Positions 15,358 to 23,726 of a DNA stretch of 41,047 bases are shown here, piece after piece. Positions within the stretch are counted from its first letter, which is position 1, and each line of letters opens with the position of its first letter. The notes beneath the pieces were generated by a model. The model saw nothing but the letters and a program-made list of their open reading frames with translations, made no database searches and was not told where the DNA came from. This stretch comes from a virus. Location: the IMG/VR virus record IMGVR_UViG_3300045988_053841, one strand, 5' to 3'. A program made the translations under genes and the position numbers.

Positions 15358-16191
15358 ATGACGACGGCGAAGGAGGGAATGTACATGATCACCAAGATCA
15401 CCAGCGGCTCCGTGGTGGAGCGCCGCAAGACCTATGTGGGGCGCAGGCCCTCCCGGCGGGGGGCACGGATCAAGGGCGCCAGCAGCGAGAAGAAGCAGGA
15501 GAACAACCGCCAGCAGGCGATCCTCGCCCTGGCGCGGACGCTGAACTGCAACTATGCCAACGGCGACGGGTATCTGACGCTGTCCTTCACCGACGAGGCG
15601 CTGACCGCCTGCGGCGGCACGCTGGCAGGGGCCAAGAAGGAGGCGCGGAAGTTCGCGGACCGTGTGGCCTACCGGATGAAGAAGCACGGCAAGGTGCTGA
15701 AATGGGTGATTGTGCCCAGCGAGCTGGACGGCGAGACCGGGGAAGTGGTGCGCGTCCATGTCCATGTGGTCATATCCGGCCACGGCCTGCGGCTGGAGGA
15801 CGGCGTGTTCTGGCTGTACGGCGAGAAGCTGGACGACGTGTGGGGCAACGGCACGGTGGACGTGCAGATCCTGCGGCGGCAGAAGGACTACTACCCGCTG
15901 GCCCGGTATCTCGTCCTGCAGGCGCGGGGCGTGGCGGACGAGAAGAAGTACAGCGTCAGCCGGAACATGGTCAAGCCCAAGGTGGAGCACCTGTACACCT
16001 GGTCACCGGCGCCGCTGCGGGTGCCGGCCGGGGCCTCGGCGCTGCCGGGGACGCGGTACGATCCGGAGGCGGGAGTGAACTTCGTGCGGTACATACCCGC
16101 CCAGCGGGATCCCGCCCGGAAGGTGGGCGGCAGCAAGGAGATGGCCGTGGCCTGTGCCGGGGAGCCGGTGGAGGAGGTGGCGGAGGAATGA
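15358..16191 (+). CDS. HUH-superfamily rolling-circle replication initiator-like protein
   Basis: Three motifs in the canonical order and spacing: YLTLSFTD (motif 1), RVHVHVVIS (HUH) and KDYYPLARYLVLQ (Tyr motif). The start may instead be ATG 15385. Confidence 0.5.
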   Translation: MTTAKEGMYMITKITSGSVVERRKTYVGRRPSRRGARIKGASSEKKQENNRQQAILALARTLNCNYANGDGYLTLSFTDEALTACGGTLAGAKKEARKFADRVAYRMKKHGKVLKWVIVPSELDGETGEVVRVHVHVVISGHGLRLEDGVFWLYGEKLDDVWGNGTVDVQILRRQKDYYPLARYLVLQARGVADEKKYSVSRNMVKPKVEHLYTWSPAPLRVPAGASALPGTRYDPEAGVNFVRYIPAQRDPARKVGGSKEMAVACAGEPVEEVAEE

Positions 16192-16460
16192 AAAAGCTCC
16201 GAGGGGTGCGCCTGAGCCGCAACCGGCAGGGCTTCATCCGCTACACCTGCCTGACCTATGACGAGCAGCCGCGGGGTATGCGGAACAAAATAGACAGGCT
16301 CCTGCGCGAATGCGGGGGGCCTTACAGTGCTGCCCTGCGGGAGGTGATGTGCGGCGAGGACAGCATCACGTCCATCGCCCTGCGGCACTATGTCAGTGAG
16401 AGCGCGCTGTATCGGCTGCGAAAGGATTTTTACGAGAGCTGGGACAAAAAGCGAAAATGA
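16188..16460 (+). CDS. Hypothetical protein, possibly a sigma region-4-like HTH late regulator
   Basis: ATGA overlap with the previous stop codon. The C-terminus ITSIALRHYVSESALYRLRKDFYESW is HTH-like. The functional call is weak. Confidence 0.45.
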   Translation: MKKLRGVRLSRNRQGFIRYTCLTYDEQPRGMRNKIDRLLRECGGPYSAALREVMCGEDSITSIALRHYVSESALYRLRKDFYESWDKKRK

Positions 16461-16463
16461 TGC

Positions 16464-16509
16464 TTGACATTTTGTGTTCCAAAATATATAATTGACTTAA
16501 CGGAACACA
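16464..16509 (+). promoter_or_regulatory. Perfect consensus promoter with a flanking 8-bp inverted repeat (operator) for the RHH gene
   Basis: TTGACA (16464-16469), 17 nt, TATAAT (16487-16492). TGTGTTCC (16473-16480) and GGAACACA (16502-16509) bracket the -10 element. Confidence 0.7.
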
Positions 16510-16526
16510 GAAAGTGAGGTGAATAT

Positions 16527-16700
16527 ATGTCTCCGAGGACAGGGCGTCCGAAAGCGGAGAACCCGAAAGACATCGACGTGAAGGTGCGCTTCGACAGGGT
16601 GACGCATGAAAAGCTGTTGGCGTACTGCCGAGAGCGTGGCATCACGAGAACAGAAGCCATCAGGAAAGCGGTTCAGACGCTTTTAGACGCAGAAAAATAG
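16527..16700 (+). CDS. Ribbon-helix-helix (CopG-family) DNA-binding protein (57 aa). It is missing from the ORF track because it is under 60 aa.
   Basis: ATG at 16527 is preceded by GTGAGGTG. MSPRTGRPKAENPKDIDVKVRFDRVTHEKLLAYCRERGITRTEAIRKAVQTLL is a typical RHH layout. Stop codon TAG at 16698-16700. Confidence 0.7.
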   Translation: MSPRTGRPKAENPKDIDVKVRFDRVTHEKLLAYCRERGITRTEAIRKAVQTLLDAEK

Positions 16701-16820
16701 AGTGCTGGCGGCCCTCGACAAGCTAACCAACACTCTATTCGCACCAAGAGGTTTCCCTCAAGGTAAATCCATTCTACCACAGGGGAGACCTCCAGACAAG
16801 AGAAAAATTTGGAGGTTTTT

Positions 16821-16955
16821 ATGAACTCATCAACGAAAACAGCGTCAGCAGAGCTGGAGAAAGTTATCCTTACGCGGTTCGCAGAGCTGACGGAGGAGGA
16901 AAAGATCACGGTGCTGGTCACAGCCATGGTGATGGCGGAAGGCGGTGCGGCATGA
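16821..16955 (+). CDS. Possible small ORF (44 aa) translationally coupled to the HNH gene
   Basis: GGAGG lies 5 nt upstream of ATG 16821. ATGA overlap with the HNH start. Contains RFAELTEEEKITVLV, similar to the 2445 ORF and the repressor C-terminus. Confidence 0.35.
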   Translation: MNSSTKTASAELEKVILTRFAELTEEEKITVLVTAMVMAEGGAA

Positions 16956-17446
16956 AGCGTCTTGACCTAACCGGACAGAGGTTCGGGATGTTGGTCGCAC
17001 AAGAGGTTGCGTTTCGAGAAAGCGGGAGAGTCCACTGGCGCTGCGTGTGCGACTGTGGCAACGTTTCGTTTCCGGCTACGGCGGACTTGGTCAGTGGGCA
17101 CTCAAGTAGCTGCGGTTGCGCTGCGAGAGAAAAGACGCGAAAACGGTCCTTGAAGCACGGAGGCGCGAACAACACTCGGCTATACAGGATATGGCTGAAT
17201 ATGAAACGGCGATGCGACTTAAAAAGCCACCCGGCGTATGGGAACTACGGCGGGCGAGGAATAACCGTATGCGATGAGTGGAAGTCAGATTTCGCTTCAT
17301 TTCGAGATTGGTCACTGTGTAATGGCTATGCGGAGAATTTGTCTATAGACCGCATCGACAATGATGGAAATTACTGTCCGGGAAACTGCCGGTGGGCAAC
17401 TGCAAAAGAGCAGTCAAACAATCGACGCCGGAGGAAAAGTACATAA
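16952..17446 (+). CDS. HNH-family endonuclease with an N-terminal LTGQRFG...SCGC zinc module
   Basis: DLTGQRFGMLVA..WRCVCDCG..SSSCGC, then YRIWLNMKRRC..YGGRGITVCDEW and IDRIDNDGNYCPGNCRWATAKEQSNN. It lies directly upstream of terS and looks lower in GC than its neighbours. Confidence 0.7.
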   Translation: MKRLDLTGQRFGMLVAQEVAFRESGRVHWRCVCDCGNVSFPATADLVSGHSSSCGCAAREKTRKRSLKHGGANNTRLYRIWLNMKRRCDLKSHPAYGNYGGRGITVCDEWKSDFASFRDWSLCNGYAENLSIDRIDNDGNYCPGNCRWATAKEQSNNRRRRKST

Positions 17447-17451
17447 GCGCA

Positions 17452-17491
17452 GAAATGCTGGAAGCGCAATGCTTCCGGCATTTCTTTTTTT
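17452..17491 (+). terminator. Strong rho-independent terminator
   Basis: 14-bp stem GAAATGCTGGAAGC / GCTTCCGGCATTTC (one G-T pair), loop GCAAT, followed by TTTTTTT. Confidence 0.8.
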
Positions 17492-17584
17492 GCGCTTTTT
17501 GCGGTGGGAATGTTGGCGATAACGAGCACTCCATCCGTGTTATGCTGTTAGCGTGAAGAAGTTTTCCACAGGGAGGGAATGGGC

Positions 17585-18025
17585 ATGGGAACGCTGACAG
17601 CAAAGCAAAAAAGGTTCGTTCAGGAGTGGATGGTAGATCTCTGCGGCACGAGGGCTGCGGTCCGGGCGGGGTACAGCGAAAAGAGCGCGGCCAACACGGC
17701 CAGCCGGTTGATGAAAGACCCGGACGTGCAGGCCTACCGGAACGAGCTCTTGAAGGCAAAGTTCGACGAGCTGGGCATCACGCGGCACTCGCTGGCGGTG
17801 GAGGTGTACGAGATGATGCAGAAATGCAAGGGCGGCACCCCACACATGGTGTGGAACAGCGACACCAAGACCTACGAGCCGGACGGTACCTGGGAGCAGA
17901 ACGAGAAGGGCCTGTACAAGGGCGCGGAGCTGCTGAGCCGGTTGCTGGACAAAATGGACGGCGCGGCCGAGGAAGAGGGCGCGGACTACGAAACGATGCT
18001 GACCGGCGGGGGCCGGGAATTTTGA
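17585..18025 (+). CDS. terS: Terminase small subunit (P27 / Terminase_2-like)
   Basis: ATG at 17585 lies 8 nt after GGAGG. LTAKQKRFVQEWMVDLCGTRAAVRAGYSEKSAANTASRLMKDPDV matches the family signature. Confidence 0.85.
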   Translation: MGTLTAKQKRFVQEWMVDLCGTRAAVRAGYSEKSAANTASRLMKDPDVQAYRNELLKAKFDELGITRHSLAVEVYEMMQKCKGGTPHMVWNSDTKTYEPDGTWEQNEKGLYKGAELLSRLLDKMDGAAEEEGADYETMLTGGGREF

Positions 18026-18037
18026 CAGGAGGAAGCC

Positions 18038-19993
18038 ATGAACAGGAAGGACCAGGAGAAGCTGCAGGTGTGGCAGGAGCGTCTGGCGCTGGCGGAGAAC
18101 GCCATCGCCGGGGAGCGCGAGAGGATGCTCCGGCGGGAGCAGCAGTATGAGGGCGGGCACACCATCTACGCCCCGGACGGCACCAAGGCCAGGGAGAGCC
18201 TTGCCAGCCATGTGCGGAACGTGAGCTTCGAGATCATCGAAACGCAGGTGGACAGCACCATCCCCTCGCCGAAGGTGACGGCGGTGCGGGAGGAGGACGA
18301 GTGGCTGGCGGACGTGATCGAGGCCATGCTGCGGGATGTGATGGACCGGCTGCCCTCGGAGCGCATGAACGACGAGGGCGAGAGACTGAGCCCGGTGCAG
18401 GGCGGCTACGGCTTGCTGGTGGACTGGCTGGACAGCGTCAGCGGGAAGGACTGGCTGGGTGATCTGAAGGTGAGCCTCGTCCACCCCTATGGCATCGTAC
18501 CGCAGGCCGGCATGACGCAGGTGGCGGACATGGATTTCTTTTTCCTCAAGACGCCGCAGACGAAGCGACAGATCCGAAAGTTCTACGGCGTAGACGTCAA
18601 CGACGAGAACGAGAGCGATCCGTCCGCCCGGCGGCTTGGCGCGTCGGCGGACACCACGGACCAGCTGGTGACGATGGTGACCGCCTACTACCACAACGGC
18701 AAGGGCGGCATCGGGCGGCTGCGCTGGGTGAACGACGTGGTGCTGGAGGACCTGGAGGACTATCAGCTCCGGCGGGTACACCGCTGCACCGCCTGCGGCG
18801 CCGTGGGCGACGGCAAGAAGTGCGCCTACTGCGGCTCCAAGAAATTCGAGGACGAGGTCATGGAGTACGAGGAGCTGACGGAGGACATCGTGCTGCGGAA
18901 TGGCGCGGTGATCCCGGCGGTCAGCACTGTGCGGGATGAGCTGGGCCAGCCGGTGGCACTGGAGGCGGGCGTGCTGTTGCCGCAGATGCAGCCGGGCGGC
19001 GGTCCGGCGGTGGCCATGACGGAGGCGGCCTACCGGCAGGAGCAGACGCGCATCCCCTACTACAAGCCGGACGTGTTCCCGCTGGTCATCCGGAAAAACG
19101 TGAGTATGCCGGGGCGGTTCTGGGGCAGCAGTGACCTGGACGCCATCTTTGACCAGCAGAACAGCCTCAACAAGCTCTGCACGAAGCTGAACACGAAGGT
19201 GCTGTCCGGCGGCAGCTTCACCACCGTGCCGCCCGGCGCGCAGTTCATCACCGACAAAGACGGCGTGCGGGTAGAGCTGCAGAACCCGGCGCAGCTGGAG
19301 ATGATCAAGACCTTTAACACGCAGGTGGACATCAACACAGATCTGGCCATGATGGCGCAGATCTACGAGCAGGCACGGCAGACCATCGGCATCACGGACA
19401 GTATGCAGGGGCGGAAGGATCCAACGGCCACCAGCGCCGTGGCCAAGGAGTTCAGCGCCCAGCAGGCGGCTGGGCGTCTGGAGAGCAAGCGGGTGATGAA
19501 GCGGGCCATGTACCAGGACCTGTTCGAGGCCATCTTCAAGTGGATGCTGGCCTACTGCGACGAGCCACGGACCATCCGGAGGACGGACGAACACGGCGAC
19601 GTAGAGTATGTGACCTTCGACCGCCACGACTTCCTGTACCAGGACGAGGCGGGAGACTGGCAGTACAACACGGATTTTCTGTTCTCCTGCGACAGCTCGG
19701 CGCCGCTGGCCTCGGACCGGCAGGCGCTTTGGAAGGAGACGCGGATGAACTTCCAGGAGGGCGCCATGGGCAGCCCCACGGAGATCACGACGCTGCTGCG
19801 GTTCTGGGAGCAGATGGAGAAGCTGCACTACCCCATGGCCGGGGATATGGTCAAGAGCCTGCGGGATCAGATGGAGAGCCAGCAGGCACGGCAGATGAAG
19901 CCCACAGCGGCGGACGGCTCCGGCGGGACGAAGCCTACGGCGGAGGAGCTGCTGACGATGGCGGCACAGCAGGGAGGGGGCGAGATGGCATGA
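18038..19993 (+). CDS. Portal protein (with an inserted CxxC...CxxC zinc ribbon)
   Basis: 651 aa, located between terS and the scaffold gene. The call rests on size and position. Contains the insertion RCTACGAVGDGKKCAYCGS. Confidence 0.7.
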   Translation: MNRKDQEKLQVWQERLALAENAIAGERERMLRREQQYEGGHTIYAPDGTKARESLASHVRNVSFEIIETQVDSTIPSPKVTAVREEDEWLADVIEAMLRDVMDRLPSERMNDEGERLSPVQGGYGLLVDWLDSVSGKDWLGDLKVSLVHPYGIVPQAGMTQVADMDFFFLKTPQTKRQIRKFYGVDVNDENESDPSARRLGASADTTDQLVTMVTAYYHNGKGGIGRLRWVNDVVLEDLEDYQLRRVHRCTACGAVGDGKKCAYCGSKKFEDEVMEYEELTEDIVLRNGAVIPAVSTVRDELGQPVALEAGVLLPQMQPGGGPAVAMTEAAYRQEQTRIPYYKPDVFPLVIRKNVSMPGRFWGSSDLDAIFDQQNSLNKLCTKLNTKVLSGGSFTTVPPGAQFITDKDGVRVELQNPAQLEMIKTFNTQVDINTDLAMMAQIYEQARQTIGITDSMQGRKDPTATSAVAKEFSAQQAAGRLESKRVMKRAMYQDLFEAIFKWMLAYCDEPRTIRRTDEHGDVEYVTFDRHDFLYQDEAGDWQYNTDFLFSCDSSAPLASDRQALWKETRMNFQEGAMGSPTEITTLLRFWEQMEKLHYPMAGDMVKSLRDQMESQQARQMKPTAADGSGGTKPTAEELLTMAAQQGGGEMA

Positions 19994-20160
19994 AGTGCCC
20001 GGAATGCGGACTGGAGATGATGATCTACAGCACCACGGTGAACGCGGACGGCGGCAGCGAGACTGCCTATGTGTGCCGGAACCCGCAATGTGCCCGGTAC
20101 GACCGGCGGCTCAGAAAAAAGAAGGACGCTCCGGCGGCGGACGGCGCGGCCGAAGCGTGA
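19990..20160 (+). CDS. Small zinc-ribbon protein (56 aa)
   Basis: ATGA overlap with the portal stop codon. Contains CPECG...CRNPQC. Confidence 0.55.
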   Translation: MKCPECGLEMMIYSTTVNADGGSETAYVCRNPQCARYDRRLRKKKDAPAADGAAEA

Positions 20161-20351
20161 GGCGGCCCTCCGGGGCCGCGGTGGGTGGTTTCGCACGCCG
20201 CCCGGAGCCAGACAGATTTTCCTCCTGTCTTACTACCGGACGCCCTGCCGAAGGGTGGGGCATCCACCGCAGCCCCGGAGCTGCACAGGACAACGTTTCG
20301 CCGGCGGGACGGCGGGAAAAACCCGAATACGGCGAAAGGAGGACATGAAGC

Positions 20352-20513
20352 ATGGAGAAAAAGAAGGGCTACATCGGCAGCATCGCCAACGTGGGCAGCC
20401 AGCGCGTGGAAGCGCCCGCCCAGAAGGCGGCGCCTGCCCAGAAGGGCACCGTGCGCTTCACCGGCACCGACCTTCGGACCGGGAATGGCGGCAGCAAGGA
20501 TAAGCGCAAGTAA
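20352..20513 (+). CDS. Small basic protein (53 aa)
   Basis: ATG at 20352 lies 9 nt after AAGGAGG. MEKKKGYIGSIANVGSQRVEAP...GSKDKRK. It is preferred over the overlapping frame from 20345 on RBS spacing and codon usage. Confidence 0.45.
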   Translation: MEKKKGYIGSIANVGSQRVEAPAQKAAPAQKGTVRFTGTDLRTGNGGSKDKRK

Positions 20514-20629
20514 GCACGATTTTGTTGCCATCAACAAAATCGCCGCCTGCGGGCGGGACATTTCGCTTGGCCCCGGCGGAAAAGGGGCGTATTCGCACCG
20601 AACGCGGAAAAATCGGAAAGGAGAACACC

Positions 20630-21577
20630 ATGAACGGATTGACGGAACAGGACTATGCGGAGGCCTTCGGCGTGGAGCTGCCCGATGAGGGCGGCGCAGC
20701 GGACGGCGGCACGCAGGAGCCTGTGGAAAACGGCACCGGCGGCGCCGGAGAAGAAAGCGCGGCACAGGAGCCGGGCACGGAGGCCCATGAGGACGGCGGA
20801 GATCCTGCAGAAGCGGGAGGCGGCGCAGCAGCGCCGGGCGCGGAAGCGGGACAGAGCGCCGCGGAGCGCAGCCGGCAGGCCTACGGACGCCGGGCACGGG
20901 AGCGCGAGGCGGAACGGCAGGCCCTGACAGCGGCGGCGCAGGCCCGCGTGGACGCGGTGTACGCCGACCTGTTCGCGGGCCAGACGAACCCCTACACCGG
21001 CCAGCCCATCCGCACGGAGGCGGACTTCCAGGCCTATCAGGAGGCCAAGGCCAAACAGGAGCGCGAGGAGCAGATGCTCTCCGCCGGCGTGGATCCGGCG
21101 GCGCTGCAGGGCATGGTGGACGACGCCGTGAAGCCCCTGCGGGAGCAGGTACAGCGCCAGCGCCTGGAGGGCATGAGCGCCGAAGCGCGGAACGTGACCG
21201 CCCAGGCACAGGCGGTCATCCGGCAGGGCCTTGAGGCTGTGCGGGTGAAGTACGACGGCAGCGTCCAGAGCCTTGAGGACATCGTGGCCATGCCTACCGG
21301 AGAAGCCTTCCGCGGCTATGTGGAAAAGGGCCTGTCCATCGAGGACGCCTTCTATATGGCCAACCGCGACGCCGTGGACAAGCGGCGCATGGAGGCAGCC
21401 AAGCAGGCGGGCATCAAGCAGGCCAGCGGCAAGCGCCACATGGCCCCGGTGCCCGGCGCTGCGGGTGAGGCGCCCTATGTGGCCACGCCGCGGCAGAAGG
21501 AGCTGTACCGCGAGATCAATCCCAATGCGACGGACGACGAGATCAACGCCGCATACGGAGAATTCTACAAACAGTGA
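20630..21577 (+). CDS. Scaffolding protein
   Basis: ATG at 20630 is preceded by GGAAAGGAG. Acidic, low-complexity N-terminus followed by long helical A/E/Q/R-rich segments. It lies between the portal and capsid genes. Confidence 0.6.
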   Translation: MNGLTEQDYAEAFGVELPDEGGAADGGTQEPVENGTGGAGEESAAQEPGTEAHEDGGDPAEAGGGAAAPGAEAGQSAAERSRQAYGRRAREREAERQALTAAAQARVDAVYADLFAGQTNPYTGQPIRTEADFQAYQEAKAKQEREEQMLSAGVDPAALQGMVDDAVKPLREQVQRQRLEGMSAEARNVTAQAQAVIRQGLEAVRVKYDGSVQSLEDIVAMPTGEAFRGYVEKGLSIEDAFYMANRDAVDKRRMEAAKQAGIKQASGKRHMAPVPGAAGEAPYVATPRQKELYREINPNATDDEINAAYGEFYKQ

Positions 21578-21613
21578 AGCCCCGACACGGGGCGGGAAAG
21601 GAGATAACAAACT

Positions 21614-22003
21614 ATGTTCATGCTTAGCAGAATGCTGGTGGGCAATACGCCCCCCATCGTGTATATGCAGCCCACTGACGGCGAGACCTACCAGGTGGGC
21701 GAGGCGCTGAAGCTGGCCAGCGGCAAGGTGACGCTGTGCAGCGGTGCCGCGGCACCCAGCCATGTGTGCGTGGGCCCCATCGACGACAACGGCGTGGTGC
21801 CGTGCGTGGAGGTGCAGAAGTACATGGAGTTCGAGACCACCCTCGGCGTGGCCCCCGCGGACTCCGCGACCGTCGGCGTGGGCGACAAGGTCACCCTGCA
21901 CACCGACGGTATGCAGGTCACCGCCACCAAGACCGGCGGTGTGGCAGAGGTCACCGGCATCGACGGCCAGACCGTCGGTTCCCGCGTGACGGTGAAGTTC
22001 TGA
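21614..22003 (+). CDS. Small head-associated protein (decoration / DUF2190-like, tentative)
   Basis: 129 aa, beta-rich, immediately upstream of the major capsid gene. Confidence 0.4.
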   Translation: MFMLSRMLVGNTPPIVYMQPTDGETYQVGEALKLASGKVTLCSGAAAPSHVCVGPIDDNGVVPCVEVQKYMEFETTLGVAPADSATVGVGDKVTLHTDGMQVTATKTGGVAEVTGIDGQTVGSRVTVKF

Positions 22004-22025
22004 GCGAAGAAAGGAGATACATAAC

Positions 22026-23042
22026 ATGAGTGGTTTTCTGACCGTTTCTATCGGTTCCGGGCTGAACGGGACCATCTACGGCGATTGCCAGGTGCCGCTG
22101 AAGGCATTTCTGGAGAGCCGGGGCGAGGCGTTCCAGCGGGAGAGCCTGCTGCCCTATCTGTACCGCATGGAAAAGAGCCGCCACTGGGCGGAGCGCTATT
22201 CCAGCGAGACCGCCATGGGCGACTTCGAGCCCGTGGGAGAAGGCGGCGATTATCCCAAGACCGGCTTTGAGGACGGCTACTTCCGGGACATCGTGAACAT
22301 GACCTTCAAGCAGTCCTTCTCTGTGACGCAGGAGCTGGTGGAGGACTGCCTGCTGGGCACCATGAAGCAGCGCGCCAACAAGCTGGTGACCGCCTACGGC
22401 CGCACCCGCGAGAAGTTCGGGCGTATCCTGTACGCCGGCGGCCTGTACGGCACCACCGTTTCCTACAAGGGCAAGACCTTCGCCTGCGGCAGCGCCGATG
22501 GGCAGGCCCTGTTCTCCAAGACACACCCCAACAAGGTCAACGGCGCTAAGCAGACCAACCTGTACAAGGGTACCTTCACCAACACCCTGCTGGGCAAGAT
22601 CGAGACCGAGATGCAGAACATCAAGGGCGACAACGGCGAGCTGCTGGGCGTGGCCCCGGACACCATCTGGATCCCCAACGATGCCGCGCTGAAGGACGCC
22701 GTGTTCTCCGCCGTGGGCGCCGACAAGGAGCCTACCTCCGGCAACAACGCCTTCAACTACCAGTTCGGCCGCTGGAACATCATCGTGGATCCCTATCTGA
22801 CCGCCGCGCTGACCGATCTGGGCAAGAGCAGCGAAAAGCCCTTCTTCCTGCTGGACAGCAAGTTCATTGAGCTGAACGACGGCCCCATCTTCCAGGACCG
22901 CGTGCCTCTGGACGTGAAGTCTGTCATCGACAACAACAACGACAACAATGTCTGGCAGGGCCGCGCCCGCTTCGGCGCAGGCTTCGCCGACTGGCGGTTC
23001 GTCGCTGTGGGCAATATGTCCACCGGCACCGACCTCACCTAA
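22026..23042 (+). CDS. Major capsid protein
   Basis: 338 aa, following scaffold and decoration-like genes. Size and synteny fit an HK97-fold MCP. I cannot confirm homology by eye. Confidence 0.7.
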   Translation: MSGFLTVSIGSGLNGTIYGDCQVPLKAFLESRGEAFQRESLLPYLYRMEKSRHWAERYSSETAMGDFEPVGEGGDYPKTGFEDGYFRDIVNMTFKQSFSVTQELVEDCLLGTMKQRANKLVTAYGRTREKFGRILYAGGLYGTTVSYKGKTFACGSADGQALFSKTHPNKVNGAKQTNLYKGTFTNTLLGKIETEMQNIKGDNGELLGVAPDTIWIPNDAALKDAVFSAVGADKEPTSGNNAFNYQFGRWNIIVDPYLTAALTDLGKSSEKPFFLLDSKFIELNDGPIFQDRVPLDVKSVIDNNNDNNVWQGRARFGAGFADWRFVAVGNMSTGTDLT

Positions 23043-23060
23043 GAGGAAGGCGGTGGCGGC

Positions 23061-23723
23061 ATGACATGGGGAGATGTGAAGCTGGCTGCACTGCAGACCA
23101 TGTACTCCAACGAGGGCGCTGTGCTGACGGAGGACGACATCAACCGTGAGTATATCAATGCCATGCCCGCCAAGGCCAACGAGGCGCTGCAGCAGATCGC
23201 GTCCGTTGGCCGCCCCATCCTCAAGTCGTGGCAGATCGAGATCGATGCCGACACCGACGAGCCGGTGGTAACGGCGGAGAAGCTGATCCTGCCCAAGACA
23301 AAGGACCTTTACAAGATACCCTTGCAGGACTACCTGCCGCGCTTCCGCTGCCTGAACAGCAGCGAGGTCATGTTCGCCGACGGCACCGCCTACGGTACCG
23401 CGGAGGACTGGAGCATGGAGGGCGACGACGTGTTCGTCATCCCCGGATGCGTGGTGGGCACCTATACGCTGTGGTACAAGGCGTACCCGCAGACCGTCAC
23501 GGCGGACACGCCGGACGAGGAGGAGATCGACCTGGCGGCGGAGGCCGCTGTACTGATCCCGCTGTACATCGCGGCGGAGCTGTACAAGGAGGACGATATC
23601 TCCATAGCGACCATACTGCGGAATGAATACGAGGACGGTCTTGTGAAGGTGCAGACGGCTTACGCATCCAGCGGATCGGGCATCCGGTCCGCTGGTGTTC
23701 GTAATACGACAGGGTGGTGGTAA
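23061..23723 (+). CDS. Virion structural protein (head-tail adaptor-like, tentative)
   Basis: 220 aa, directly after the capsid gene. Confidence 0.4.
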   Translation: MTWGDVKLAALQTMYSNEGAVLTEDDINREYINAMPAKANEALQQIASVGRPILKSWQIEIDADTDEPVVTAEKLILPKTKDLYKIPLQDYLPRFRCLNSSEVMFADGTAYGTAEDWSMEGDDVFVIPGCVVGTYTLWYKAYPQTVTADTPDEEEIDLAAEAAVLIPLYIAAELYKEDDISIATILRNEYEDGLVKVQTAYASSGSGIRSAGVRNTTGWW

Positions 23724-23726
23724 GGT

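Noticed and set aside
16701-16820. A 120-bp gap after the RHH gene, considered as an ncRNA or terminator (ACCTCCA...TGGAGGT followed by TTTTT)
   Set aside because: The stem is only 7 bp with a 15-nt loop. The GGAGG plus T-run doubles as the RBS of the 16821 ORF. The evidence is insufficient for an RNA gene or a terminator call.
17540-19828. 762-aa minus-strand ORF, and similar ones at 20531..22075, 30507..32231, 20067..21209, 8121..9368, 12485..13612 and 6367..7485
   Set aside because: All are antisense to + strand genes with recognisable products (portal, scaffold, holin, DUF3102 and others). All have the same R/A/G/L/P/H-rich shadow-frame composition.
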